Positions 44,321 to 54,047 are shown, counted from the stretch's first letter. The stretch is 64,000 nt of DNA from Candidatus Liptonbacteria bacterium (GCA_016182095.1 JACOXY010000011.1:3794-67793), one strand, 5' to 3'. Notes: generated by a model from the letters alone, not told the origin. Numbers and translations: made by a program.

Positions 44321-45259
44321 TCAGATTAAACCCTCGGCTTTTAAAAGCATCTCCAACCCTCCTCTTAAAGTAACTTTCGGCCGCCAGTCCAAATCCTGCA
44401 TAATTTTGTTGTCGTCCCCCACCAAGCGGTTACGCTCAAGGTCTCCCCGCGAACGGCTCTCTTCGGAGATAAATTCTACTTCTCTTCCGGCATTCTTTAA
44501 AAGATCTTTTATAATATCGGTAACTTCTTGGATGGAATTCACGGCATTAGCGCCAACATTATAAATAGCCCCCGGCGTGCCGCGCGCGAGAAGTAGCGCG
44601 AGAACGTCCGCAACTTCCGTAACATAGATAAAGTCCCTTTCAGGAAAAAGATTGCCGAGTTTTATGCTATTAACGCCCGATTTCAACTGCGAAACAATTT
44701 CCGGAATTACCTGGGGAATTCCGGCAAATGGCCCATAAATACTAAATGGCCGCAAAATAAAATAAGTCATCCCATTTTTTTCACACTCTTCCCGCGCCGC
44801 CCCCTCTCCTTCTAACTTGCTTTTGCCATAAACTTCAAAGGGTTCGGTGGGGTGGGTTTCTTTTATGGGCTCGTCCGATGGCCTGTATACGGAAGAGGTT
44901 GAGATATGTATAAATCGCGGCTTGTCTTGAAGTCTAGCGGCGGCATGAATAACGTTTTTCGCTCCGAGAACGTTAACGGCAAATGCCTTTTGGGGATCTC
45001 TGTTGCAGTCCGGTATAAAGTGAAGCGCGGCCAAAAAATAAACGGCGCCCGGCTTAATCTCATCTGTAAAGTTTTTTACCGCCTCCATATCGCGCACATC
45101 TCCCCGCTTAATCACTATCTTATCTTTCATGTCCTCTAAGTTAGACATTCTGCCGGTTGAAAAATCATCAAAAACCGCCACCGAATGTCCTTCATTTAAT
45201 AATTTCCTTGCAAGATTATTTCCCACAAAACCAGCGCCGCCGAAGAGTAAGGTCGTCAT
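44321..45259 (-). CDS. NAD-dependent NDP-sugar epimerase/reductase (SDR)
   Basis: MTTLLFGGAGFVGNNLARKLL...YGKSK... are classic extended-SDR motifs. Confidence 0.7.
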   Translation of the reverse strand: MTTLLFGGAGFVGNNLARKLLNEGHSVAVFDDFSTGRMSNLEDMKDKIVIKRGDVRDMEAVKNFTDEIKPGAVYFLAALHFIPDCNRDPQKAFAVNVLGAKNVIHAAARLQDKPRFIHISTSSVYRPSDEPIKETHPTEPFEVYGKSKLEGEGAAREECEKNGMTYFILRPFSIYGPFAGIPQVIPEIVSQLKSGVNSIKLGNLFPERDFIYVTEVADVLALLLARGTPGAIYNVGANAVNSIQEVTDIIKDLLKNAGREVEFISEESRSRGDLERNRLVGDDNKIMQDLDWRPKVTLRGGLEMLLKAEGLI

Positions 45260-45353
45260 AATATTTTGATTTTACCTCCTGGAAATATGGAAGTCAAAAT
45301 ACTGGCACACAAAAAAGCCGCTCCAGATGCTGTGCGGAAGCCGCTTCACATAA

Positions 45354-45387
45354 GGACATCGCAAGTCCTTAAGGACTTGCGATGTCC
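45354..45387. repeat. Family-2 palindrome, copy 2: perfect 34 bp palindrome ggacatcgcaagtccttaaggacttgcgatgtcc (intergenic)
   Basis: Perfect palindrome whose arms are identical to the copy at 6752..6784 inside the carbamoyltransferase CDS. Confidence 0.8.
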
Positions 45388-45445
45388 AGAATGTTCCGGT
45401 ATTTTTATGACGCCCTTCGAACAGTCTCAATCCTTATTTTCCAGT

Positions 45446-46171
45446 TTATGAAAAAAATTCGTGAGCGGAAGCATAGCGCTCCGGTGTGCCGATATCCAAG
45501 AATTTTCCGTCAAATATAAATCCAGTAGCCCTCCCGGCCAACCTGGGAAAAACGTCTCGTTCTAAAGAAAACTTTTCGTTGTCGGGAAAATACTTTGCAA
45601 TTTTTTTGTTCATAACATAACAGCCGGCATTTACAAAACTATCCGTCTTCTCCTTATTTTTCTCCGCAAAGGCAGTCATTTCTCCGCTCCGCGCCAATGT
45701 CACGTTTCCACAATCGGCTCTCCCGTTTTTTTCTGCAAGTGCCAGAGAAAGGGGGGGCTGTTTTTTTAGATAATTTTCATAAAACTTTTGAAAATCTAAT
45801 TTAGGAAACGTATCACCATTTATGACAAAAAAGTGCTTGCTTTTTACGCAGGGCAAGGCAAGCTTCACCGCCCCCCCTGTATCCAGGGGCGACTCTTCCT
45901 TAGAAAAAACAAATTCGGCCTCTTGCGCATAGCGGCTTTTTTTAAAATATCTCTCTATGTGCTCCCCCATGTGTCCAGTGCAAAAGATAATCCGGCGAAA
46001 GCCCTGCCGCAGGAGTTCCTTCACCACAAGCGCGAGAAACGGCTTTTTGCCTAATTCCGCCATTGGTTTTGGTCGATCTGAAATAACCGGCCGGAGCCGA
46101 GTGCCTAATCCGCCGCACAAAATCAAAATATCAATGTTATTAAGCAAGTTGAGGGTGCTTTTTCTGCTCAT
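45446..46171 (-). CDS. sugar-1-phosphate nucleotidyltransferase (HddC/ManC-like)
   Basis: ILCGGLGTRLRPV...KPM is the canonical NTP_transferase loop. It lies adjacent to a GHMP kinase and contains two intact G/C7 homopolymer tracts. Confidence 0.7.
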   Translation of the reverse strand: MSRKSTLNLLNNIDILILCGGLGTRLRPVISDRPKPMAELGKKPFLALVVKELLRQGFRRIIFCTGHMGEHIERYFKKSRYAQEAEFVFSKEESPLDTGGAVKLALPCVKSKHFFVINGDTFPKLDFQKFYENYLKKQPPLSLALAEKNGRADCGNVTLARSGEMTAFAEKNKEKTDSFVNAGCYVMNKKIAKYFPDNEKFSLERDVFPRLAGRATGFIFDGKFLDIGTPERYASAHEFFS

Positions 46172-47141
46172 AGATTATTTGGCTACCGTCATTTTCGAAA
46201 CTAAAGGGAATATGAAGCAGTTTGCTTAAGCTTGTTTTAATTCGGCCGTGCAGTTCTGGATTAGCGAAAAATAGCAGAAATCCTCCGCCTCCCGCGCCCA
46301 GAAGTTTCCCCCCTGAAGCGCCGGCGCCTCTTCCGGCGTCGTAGGCTTCGTCAATAAGAGAGTTGGTTATTTTTGAAGACAGGCTTCTTTTTAACTGCCA
46401 AGTTTCGTGAAGCATTTTTCCAAAATCGTTTAGGTCTCCTCCTTGCAAAACTTTCACTGCGTCATCCACCATGGTGAGCATCGCTTTTAATTCGTTTGAT
46501 TTTTGCGGAGTATTTTTTACCTGTTCAGCCGCTATTTCCGAGGCATAGCGGGAACGGCCAGTGAAAAATAGCATTAGGTGATCCTGAAAAAATTTTTTTC
46601 TCGCATCGCTTAAAATTATGGGCTCGATTTTTATCTTCTCTTTTCCGCCAAAAGAAATTTTATTTAAACCTCCGTAAGCGGCGGCAACCTGATCTTGGCA
46701 GCCAACATTTTCCCTTAGTAAATTCTGCTCAATGTGTATCGCATCCTTGGCAAGCCTTTCCCGACTTACTCTTTCTCCTTTCAGAGCGCTCAAGGCGTGC
46801 AGAAGACCAACGGTGAAGGAGGAGCTAGAGCCCATTCCGGAACGAGCCGGCAAATCGTCAAAATTATGGATTTCAACCCCATCTTTTATGCCCACAAAAT
46901 TTAAGGCGTGTCTTACAACCGGATGCTCTATCTCATCTACTGAATTCACAAGTTCAACTTTTGAATAAGCAATCCTTGAGCGGTGATCAAAAAACTGCGG
47001 CAAAAACCTCGCGCTGATATGGCAATATTTATCTATTGAAGTGGAAAGCACGGAACCGCCGCCACTGCTTTCAAACCAGGCTGGATAGTCGGTGCCTCCG
47101 CCAAAAAAAGAAATTCGGAGAGGACTTCTGGTAATTATCAT
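46140..47141 (-). CDS. GHMP-family sugar kinase (HddA-like heptose-7-phosphate kinase candidate)
   Basis: PARSGMGSSSSFTVGLLHAL is GHMP motif II. Operon context: nucleotidyltransferase plus GmhA/GmhB elsewhere in the island. Confidence 0.65.
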   Translation of the reverse strand: MIITRSPLRISFFGGGTDYPAWFESSGGGSVLSTSIDKYCHISARFLPQFFDHRSRIAYSKVELVNSVDEIEHPVVRHALNFVGIKDGVEIHNFDDLPARSGMGSSSSFTVGLLHALSALKGERVSRERLAKDAIHIEQNLLRENVGCQDQVAAAYGGLNKISFGGKEKIKIEPIILSDARKKFFQDHLMLFFTGRSRYASEIAAEQVKNTPQKSNELKAMLTMVDDAVKVLQGGDLNDFGKMLHETWQLKRSLSSKITNSLIDEAYDAGRGAGASGGKLLGAGGGGFLLFFANPELHGRIKTSLSKLLHIPFSFENDGSQIIYEQKKHPQLA

Positions 47142-47233
47142 AAAAAAACATTTTCATTGGGCATTAATGAATACTTTAACCATAAAACTTTTTTGATGTT
47201 TTGCAAATATTTACAAAAGATAAAAAAATTGTA

Positions 47234-47269
47234 TAAAAAACCCCGAACCAATGTTCGGGGCGCTTTTTT
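47234..47269. terminator. bidirectional intrinsic terminator
   Basis: Stem ccccgaac/gttcgggg with a 4 nt loop, flanked by an A-run upstream and a T-run downstream. Confidence 0.55.
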
Positions 47270-48194
47270 ATGTCCAGTTCAAAATTTTTTGCGTGACACT
47301 CTCGACATCTAATCCATATTTCTTCCAAATAACTTCTCTGCCGCCAAGATCGAAAACAAAGGTGTCCCTCTGTCCGATGCGAAGAAGAGGCTTCCTATAA
47401 TCGTTATCCACAAAAACTTCCGCAATGGCACTGCCCATGCCTCCAGCCAGAAAATCTTCTTCAAGAGTGACAACCTTGTCCACTCCTTCCAGATATTGGA
47501 ACAGAAAATTCTGGTTAATGGGCTTTAGGCGGAATAGATCAATTACTCGCGCGCTGACTCCTTTTTCTTCAAGCTGGTCTGCAACCCTACACGCCTGATG
47601 AACCATGACACCAGTAGAGATAATGGCAACATCTTTGCCTTTACACGCCAAACCAACACCGGAGCAAAAATCAATCTTATTGTTTTCATAAAGATTCGGC
47701 AGGTAACCCCTGTCAAACCTGATGTATTGGGGACCGTTATGGTTGTAAGAAATTTCGGCCAAAGCTTCCGCGGTCATATTATCGGCAGGACTCCAAATCG
47801 TAAGATTAGGCCAAACGCGCATCGCGGCTATTACTCCAACTGCGTGGTGAGTCGGCCCCATGATGTCATAAGCATAACCAGCTCCTACGCCAAGCGCAGT
47901 GATGGGTAGATTCATGGCGCACATATCAAGCTTTACGAACTCCAGGCATCTAAGCGTGATAAAAGGGTCAATGGCATAAATCCAAACCCTTCTTCCTTCT
48001 AAGGCGTGGCCGCAAGCCATTCCAACCGCCTGCTCTTCGGCAATTCCGACATTTCGAAACTGTCCGGGAAGTTCGGAAATTTGGTCCATGCTTTTGGCGC
48101 CATTATCGGCGCTGATCAGCATCGTTTTCTTATCTTTCAAAAAGACTTTATATAATGCGTCAAAAAAGGCATCCCGTTGAACTAAGCCCTTCAC
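47268..48194 (-). CDS. transketolase, C-terminal (pyrimidine-binding) subunit
   Basis: ...AEEQAVGMACGHALEGRRVW..., ...MRVWPNLTIWSPAD... match the Transket_pyr and C-terminal domains of split transketolases. Confidence 0.8.
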   Translation of the reverse strand: MKGLVQRDAFFDALYKVFLKDKKTMLISADNGAKSMDQISELPGQFRNVGIAEEQAVGMACGHALEGRRVWIYAIDPFITLRCLEFVKLDMCAMNLPITALGVGAGYAYDIMGPTHHAVGVIAAMRVWPNLTIWSPADNMTAEALAEISYNHNGPQYIRFDRGYLPNLYENNKIDFCSGVGLACKGKDVAIISTGVMVHQACRVADQLEEKGVSARVIDLFRLKPINQNFLFQYLEGVDKVVTLEEDFLAGGMGSAIAEVFVDNDYRKPLLRIGQRDTFVFDLGGREVIWKKYGLDVESVTQKILNWT

Positions 48195-49084
48195 AGCGCA
48201 CCTCCTTTTAAAGCTTGGGCTTCGAGTTTTTGTTCTTCTTCGCGAAGGCCCGCCATTACTGCTTCAAGGATCTCGCCTGTAGGAACTTTATAGTGCCACC
48301 CGCGTTTTCCTTCAATTGCCGAAGCTCCCTTGCCTTTAATGGTTTCCATTAGAACAGCAAGCGGCTTACTGGAGTTTCTGCCACGGATACTGCTTAAAGC
48401 TTTAAAAATTTCCGGGAACGAATGTCCGTTTGCCGTACGAGTTTCAAAACCGAAAGCTTGAAATTTTTCTGGTAAAGGATCCATATAAACGTCTCGCTGA
48501 GTTTCACAGCTGTCCGTAAATCCGATAGTAAATTGATGATTTCTGTTTACAATCAAAACCAAATTATTAAGCCCCAGGCGGCGCGCGGTTAGCATCGCTT
48601 CCCAGTTTGAGCCTTCATAAAGTTCACCATCTCCCGTAAGACAAATAGTGAGCCACGACTTTCCATCAAGCTTGGCTGAATCAGCCATGCCGGTCGCAAT
48701 CGGCAAACCATGGCCTAAGGATCCGGTCAAAACATCAATACCTTTGGTGTGTGGCTCGGAATGAACGCCTAAAGTGCTTTCTTCACCCAAAAAATTATCA
48801 AGGTCTTTAAGCGGGAAGAATCCAACATCGGCAAGGACAGGATAAAGGCCGAGGCCCGCCTGTCCTTCGCTCAAGATAAATCTATCGCGATTTTCCCATT
48901 GAGGATTTTCGGAATCAAAGTTCAAAATCTTCCCGTGATAAAGCGCGACAAAGAGCTCTGCCAATGAAAAGGCCGTGGTTACGTGGCCACTCTTACCCTT
49001 AACCGCCATTTCCAAAACTGTTCTGCGCAACCAATTTGCTTTTCTTTTTAAGTAAAGGAGTTCGCCCTTATTTATCTTTTCCAT
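48191..49084 (-). CDS. transketolase, N-terminal (TPP-binding) subunit
   Basis: GHVTTAFSLAELFVALY..., GSLGHGLPIATGMA, ICLTGDGELYEGSNWEA are the TPP-binding blocks. It overlaps the C-subunit gene by 4 bp. Confidence 0.8.
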   Translation of the reverse strand: MEKINKGELLYLKRKANWLRRTVLEMAVKGKSGHVTTAFSLAELFVALYHGKILNFDSENPQWENRDRFILSEGQAGLGLYPVLADVGFFPLKDLDNFLGEESTLGVHSEPHTKGIDVLTGSLGHGLPIATGMADSAKLDGKSWLTICLTGDGELYEGSNWEAMLTARRLGLNNLVLIVNRNHQFTIGFTDSCETQRDVYMDPLPEKFQAFGFETRTANGHSFPEIFKALSSIRGRNSSKPLAVLMETIKGKGASAIEGKRGWHYKVPTGEILEAVMAGLREEEQKLEAQALKGGAL

Positions 49085-49238
49085 TTTCCTATACCTCCTA
49101 TTTCCGATACCTCCTATAAACTGCCATCAGTATATGCACAGGCCATCAAAATAGTCAATTATTTGTAGCCCCTTGCAAAGAGCCTGGAAATTTTGTATAG
49201 TTTGTTTTAGTAAATAAACAAACATCGAGAGGAACAAA

Positions 49239-50753
49239 ATGGGTCGGAATATGGATGTACTGCTAATAGCTCCGGGTGATAGAATCGAAATTTACCAGGC
49301 TCTTGGAAAAAGTCAGAGCGCCTTGGAAACGCCGGTCTGGGCCGGACTTCTGGCAACTTTCTTAAGAAAAAAGGGTTACTCGGTACACATAATCGACGCC
49401 AATGCGGAGGGGCTTGAAGCCAACGAAGTAGCCAGGCGCGCCGCGGAAGTAAATGCCGTTTTGAATGTAATCGTGTGTTACGGCCACCAGCCGAACGCCT
49501 CGACTCAAGTCATGCCTCACGCGGGAAGAATTGTAAGAGCAATAAAAGAAGAAAATTCGAGCCGCAAAGTCATTATGGTGGGTGGCCATGTAGCGGCTCT
49601 GCCGGAACAAACACTACGCGAAGAGATGGCGGATTTCGTCTGTACTGGAGAGGGGCCTTATACGCTGTCTGCCCTTACCGAAGCTTTGAAAAACAACGCT
49701 ACGGATTACAAGGAAGTTCCCGGGGTTATTTATAGGGAAGATGGTGGCGTTATCAGAACCAAGCCCGCAAAAAATGTGACCAAGCTTGATGAAGAAATGC
49801 CGGGAATGGCTTACGACCTGCTGCCGATGCATCTCTACAGAGCTCACGGATGGCATTGCTATGGGCACGACGACAAACGTGAGCCCTACGCATCACTTTA
49901 CACGACGCTGGGATGCCCATTTCACTGCACATTTTGTCCAATTCAGGCGCCATTCAAAGAGGGAGAGAGTGCGCTGGGGTACAAGCCCTCCCTTAATAGT
50001 TATCGTAGGTGGAGCGCCAAAACTATTGGGGATCAACTTGAACTTTTGGCAAAAAATTATGGAATTTATAATGTTAAATTCGCGGATGAAATGTTTGTTT
50101 ATCACAAGCGCCATGTTTTAGAGCTCTGTAATGATATTATCGGCCGCGGGCTTGATCTAAATACATGGGCCTACGTGCGCATCGATACTGCCGGAGACGA
50201 CGAACAGCTTGAGTTGCTGCGGAAGGCGGGCGTGCGCTGGCTCTGCCCGGGAATCGAGTCTGGCGACACCAAGGTGCGAGATGATGTGGATAAGAGCTTT
50301 GCTCAAGAGAGCATTTTTACCACCATAGAACGCATCAGAAAACATGGCATTTATGTTATCGGCAACTATTTATTCGGCCTTCCAGAAGATGATTTGAATA
50401 GCATGCAGAAAACGCTCACACTTGCCATGGAACTAAATTGCGAGCATGCCAACTTCTATTCGGCGATGGCATATCCCGGATCACAGCTTTATCGGTACGC
50501 CTTGGAAAAGCAATGGCCCCTGCCAAAGAGCTGGGGTGGATTTTCCCAGCATTCCGTGGATTCAGCTCCGCTTCCCACAAACCACCTCACAGGAGCGCAA
50601 GTGCTTGAATTCCGCGACTGGGCATGGACCACATATTTCACAAATCCTAATTACTTGGCAATGGTTGAACGAACTTTCGGCAAAAACACCGCCGACAAGA
50701 TCAGGAAGAAAGCCACAGTTAAACTCGTAAGAAATAATGTCCCCGTAAAGTAA
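49239..50753 (+). CDS. B12-binding-domain radical SAM enzyme (class B)
   Basis: The N-terminal cobalamin-binding-like domain is followed by LGCPFHCTFCP (CxxxCxxC) and an SPASM-less C-terminus. It has a gagagga SD. Confidence 0.75.
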   Translation: MGRNMDVLLIAPGDRIEIYQALGKSQSALETPVWAGLLATFLRKKGYSVHIIDANAEGLEANEVARRAAEVNAVLNVIVCYGHQPNASTQVMPHAGRIVRAIKEENSSRKVIMVGGHVAALPEQTLREEMADFVCTGEGPYTLSALTEALKNNATDYKEVPGVIYREDGGVIRTKPAKNVTKLDEEMPGMAYDLLPMHLYRAHGWHCYGHDDKREPYASLYTTLGCPFHCTFCPIQAPFKEGESALGYKPSLNSYRRWSAKTIGDQLELLAKNYGIYNVKFADEMFVYHKRHVLELCNDIIGRGLDLNTWAYVRIDTAGDDEQLELLRKAGVRWLCPGIESGDTKVRDDVDKSFAQESIFTTIERIRKHGIYVIGNYLFGLPEDDLNSMQKTLTLAMELNCEHANFYSAMAYPGSQLYRYALEKQWPLPKSWGGFSQHSVDSAPLPTNHLTGAQVLEFRDWAWTTYFTNPNYLAMVERTFGKNTADKIRKKATVKLVRNNVPVK

Positions 50754-50764
50754 GTAAAAAATCG

Positions 50765-50797
50765 GTCCGCTGTTTTCACGGCGGACTTTTTTGTTTT
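50765..50797 (+). terminator. rho-independent terminator
   Basis: gtccgc-(10 nt)-gcggac followed by ttttttgtttt. Confidence 0.5.
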
Positions 50798-50823
50798 AAA
50801 AGGATCCAGGCCTCTCTGCCGAT

Positions 50824-51402
50824 TTAGGGGGTTCTTTTTAAAATATTTTCAACTTTTTTCACAAAAGAAGCCATCCCCTTTCTCATGATTATTTTCTTAA
50901 GTTTCTGTTTTTCGCTGTCAAACTGGATATAGCCCACATGGTCTTCGCCTGGATACTTGAAATCTATTGAAACATCTTCCCAAAGTTTTTTTAGACGATC
51001 ATAGACGGCGATATCAGCGGGGTCGGAGAGAAGCGCGTCCCCTTTGGTTCTGCGCCGCATACGCTCTTTGGCAATCTTTTCGCTACAGACCACTTCTAAT
51101 ACAAGCGCCCGCTTCCCGCAGCCAGAAGCTACGCCATATAACTGATGCCTTCTGAAAAGATAGCGGTTCACAGAATCAATAATAACGCCCTTGCCCAACC
51201 GCAGATATTTTGCCGCGAGAACATCTATCTCCCGTAGTGTTGCGTCCTGTGATTTGGGCATACGCTTTATGCCACGCCTGCGGCGAATCTCATTTTGGTC
51301 TATAAGAATATAACTCGATAACTCCTTTTCCAGGAGGCGAGCTCGAACAGTTTTCCCCGCTCCAGGAAGGCCGCAGATCAATATAAGAAACTTTTCTTGC
51401 AT
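50824..51402 (-). CDS. P-loop kinase (AAA_33 / zeta-toxin-like fold)
   Basis: ILICGLPGAGKT Walker A; about 190 aa single domain. Confidence 0.5.
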   Translation of the reverse strand: MQEKFLILICGLPGAGKTVRARLLEKELSSYILIDQNEIRRRRGIKRMPKSQDATLREIDVLAAKYLRLGKGVIIDSVNRYLFRRHQLYGVASGCGKRALVLEVVCSEKIAKERMRRRTKGDALLSDPADIAVYDRLKKLWEDVSIDFKYPGEDHVGYIQFDSEKQKLKKIIMRKGMASFVKKVENILKRTP

Positions 51403-51439
51403 TAAATATACTATGAGACTTTATGAAAAATAAGTCAAT

Positions 51440-51469
51440 AAAAAAGCCGAGAAACAGGGGTCTCTCGGC
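51440..51469 (-). terminator. rho-independent terminator
   Basis: On the minus strand, gccgaga-(10 nt)-tctcggc followed by tttttt. Confidence 0.55.
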
Positions 51470-51521
51470 ATTGTGACTAAAGCAAACCAGATCAGATCAG
51501 ATTTTCGCTGCTATCCCCGCA

Positions 51522-51899
51522 TCACGAAGCAATCGCGTTTTTTATAGCGCGGATGCTTTGCAGTTCTCTGGAAGATCCCCGATTCTCAACAAACTCAAGT
51601 AGGTCGTCAAGGGGATGTTCCTCGTTTTTCGCATAAATGCTATAATTCTCGATCCACTCCTCCTTTGCCAGGACTTGTCCTGATACATCCAACAGCTCTA
51701 CTGTTTTGACCAAACCATCGTCGCAACCTGAGGTTAGACTAGATAAATCGGTTCTTGTGATGCGCAGAATTACAGGCGAACAATTTTCTCCAGTAAACTT
51801 GAAAACGCCGTTTTGCCCCAGAACGGGCTCTACCTCCATCATAACTACCCTGTCTACTAACTCTTGCCAAGCTCTCAAAGATGCTTGCTGTGATGCCAT
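51522..51899 (-). CDS. hypothetical protein (125 aa)
   Basis: ORF with a downstream terminator; no motifs recognised. Confidence 0.35.
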   Translation of the reverse strand: MASQQASLRAWQELVDRVVMMEVEPVLGQNGVFKFTGENCSPVILRITRTDLSSLTSGCDDGLVKTVELLDVSGQVLAKEEWIENYSIYAKNEEHPLDDLLEFVENRGSSRELQSIRAIKNAIAS

Positions 51900-52049
51900 A
51901 CTATCTTTCTCTCTTTCTCTAACTTGCGATTTACTGCTGGCATCATATTATATCTAAACCCCAAAAATGTCAATAGCATTGCACACACACAACATTGACA
52001 TTAAGCCCAGTAGATTGTTACCATAGCCACAGTTACTTATTGAAAGGGA

Positions 52050-52829
52050 TTGGGCGTGAAAACATCGGAAGTTGGTTCGTTCACAATTAATTTAGCAAAA
52101 AGAGCGGGGGGGCTTATTTTTGATTTCCATAAACGAAGACTTGAGCAAATTTGGGCAGATCGCACTCACTTTAAAACCGCAGCTGACGACGCCAGCGATA
52201 AGTTAATAAGAGAAGCTATTGCCGCTGCTTTTCCTCATCACAACATACATTCCGAAGAGGGTGGATATTTAAATAGAAATTCCGAATACACCTGGGTATG
52301 CGACGCCGTAGACGGAACTATAAATTTATGGAGTGGGTTTACAGATCACTTTGCGGTATCCTTAGCCCTTTGTCAGAATAATGTACCCATTGTTGGTGTG
52401 GTTTATGCCCCCAAAAGACATGAGTTATATTTCGCAGAACAGGGGTTGGGCGCCTATTTAAACGGCAAACCAATTTGTGCTTCAAAAGAAATTAATATTA
52501 ACCATGTTTTAATGGGAGTGGATGCGGGGAAAAAAAATAGAACAGATCATCTGCTAATTTTGGATAGTCTGCTCCAAGATAGCGGAATTAATTGTGACCT
52601 AAGAACGGGCTGCGCTTCTGTGCCGCTCTGTCTTGCCGCAAGCGGAGCAATTCATGCTTATATGGCAACGAGCTTAGAACCAGAAGACATGGCGGCAGCA
52701 GTTATTATAAACAAAGAGGCCGGCAACAAAGTAACCAACATAGAATGCGGAGATTGGAAATTGGGTGATAAATCAATTTTGACTGCAAACCCAGAATTAC
52801 ATCAAAAAATTTTAAAGTTAATAAGTTGA
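52050..52829 (+). CDS. inositol-monophosphatase-family phosphatase (CysQ/SuhB-like), GTG start
   Basis: WVCDAVDGTINLWSG matches the IMPase W-x-DP-x-DGT motif; downstream block ...GVDAG... Confidence 0.6.
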   Translation: MGVKTSEVGSFTINLAKRAGGLIFDFHKRRLEQIWADRTHFKTAADDASDKLIREAIAAAFPHHNIHSEEGGYLNRNSEYTWVCDAVDGTINLWSGFTDHFAVSLALCQNNVPIVGVVYAPKRHELYFAEQGLGAYLNGKPICASKEININHVLMGVDAGKKNRTDHLLILDSLLQDSGINCDLRTGCASVPLCLAASGAIHAYMATSLEPEDMAAAVIINKEAGNKVTNIECGDWKLGDKSILTANPELHQKILKLIS

Positions 52830-52915
52830 TAATTCCCTTATCAAAATTGCGCTTCAGGCGCAATTTTTTGTTCTTGACCTTAGCGAATAAAAAAGTTAGG
52901 ATACGAACGTACATT

Positions 52916-53422
52916 ATGGCTCAAATTGAACCAAAAGACCTTCCTCTAATCAGGGAAAAACATTGCAATCAAAAAATCGTTTATTGTTCGGGTGTTTTTG
53001 ATCTTATACATCCGGGACATGTGCTGTTTTTTGAGGATTGCAAAAAATTTGGGGATGTTTTAGTTGTTGGAGTGGGCGGGGACACAAATTTAAAAAAAAT
53101 AAAGGGCAATGACCGGCCGATTATGAATAAATACATGCGCATGAAAATGGTCGATTCACTAAAACCAGTTGACTATTGTTTTTTGAGTTCCCATACGCCA
53201 GTCAATCATCCGTTAGAATTTATTGAAACGGTTTTTAAATTATTGAAGCCCGATACATACATAATCAACGCAGATGCTTCAGAAATTCTCTATCGCGAAG
53301 AAATGGCAAAAAAAAATAACGTTGGTTTAAAAATTTTACCTCGGTGGTGCCCTGATGAATTTGAAAATATCTCAACTACTAAACTTATAGAAAAAATTAA
53401 AGGCGGAAATAGGACTTTTTGA
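52916..53422 (+). CDS. cytidylyltransferase-family protein (HxGH nucleotidyltransferase, TagD/RfaE-domain-II-like); start set to the MAQIEP ATG
   Basis: CSGVFDLIHPGHVLFFEDCKKFGDVLVVGV contains the HxGH motif of CTP_transf_like enzymes. A possible promoter TTGACC-17-TAGGAT lies at 52873-52901. Confidence 0.55.
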   Translation: MAQIEPKDLPLIREKHCNQKIVYCSGVFDLIHPGHVLFFEDCKKFGDVLVVGVGGDTNLKKIKGNDRPIMNKYMRMKMVDSLKPVDYCFLSSHTPVNHPLEFIETVFKLLKPDTYIINADASEILYREEMAKKNNVGLKILPRWCPDEFENISTTKLIEKIKGGNRTF

Positions 53423-53477
53423 CGAAATAAGTAAAGTTTGTTATATTCCGTGTAGCATACAGTATTGGGAGGGAGAA

Positions 53478-54047
53478 ATGGGGAAGCCTACATTGAAAGC
53501 TCCGGTGCCCGGCGAGATCCGTACGGTGATTAAAGCATATGGAAGACACGTGTATTTTCAAAACTTTTTATTACCAAATGGGCAAACAATAGAATACCTT
53601 CTTCATGGTGGCGGTTCCGCAAATGCCGTAATGATTCTAGCAATCACAAAAGCCGGTAACGTTATCGCGGTAAATCAGTTTCGCTATGGCCCAAAAAATT
53701 TTGTTTTAGAGGTTCCCGGAGGAAACAAAAAAGGGGCGCAGAGCCTGGAAGAAGCTTTATCTGCCGAACTAATGGAAGAAACTGGATATGAGCACGGAGA
53801 ATTGATATGGTTAAGTAATAATGGGGTTTATTTTGACCCTTCATGTTCCGGGAGCCAATTTGCCGCCGCGCTAGCGATAGACTGTGTTCAGACAGCGGAA
53901 CCAAATCCAGAACCCAGTGAAATTCTGGAAACAATAGAAATTCCGCTAAAAGATTGGGTAGCTAAAATTTTTAGAGGAGAGATTAGAGACTCCAAAACTA
54001 TCACCACAACTTTTCTGGCTCTCCCGCGCTTGGGTTGGAAAATTTAG
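53478..54047 (+). CDS. NUDIX-like hydrolase (divergent Nudix box)
   Basis: EVPGGNKKGAQSLEEALSAELMEETGY is Nudix-box-like, with RE replaced by AE; it has a gggaggg SD. Confidence 0.45.
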   Translation: MGKPTLKAPVPGEIRTVIKAYGRHVYFQNFLLPNGQTIEYLLHGGGSANAVMILAITKAGNVIAVNQFRYGPKNFVLEVPGGNKKGAQSLEEALSAELMEETGYEHGELIWLSNNGVYFDPSCSGSQFAAALAIDCVQTAEPNPEPSEILETIEIPLKDWVAKIFRGEIRDSKTITTTFLALPRLGWKI

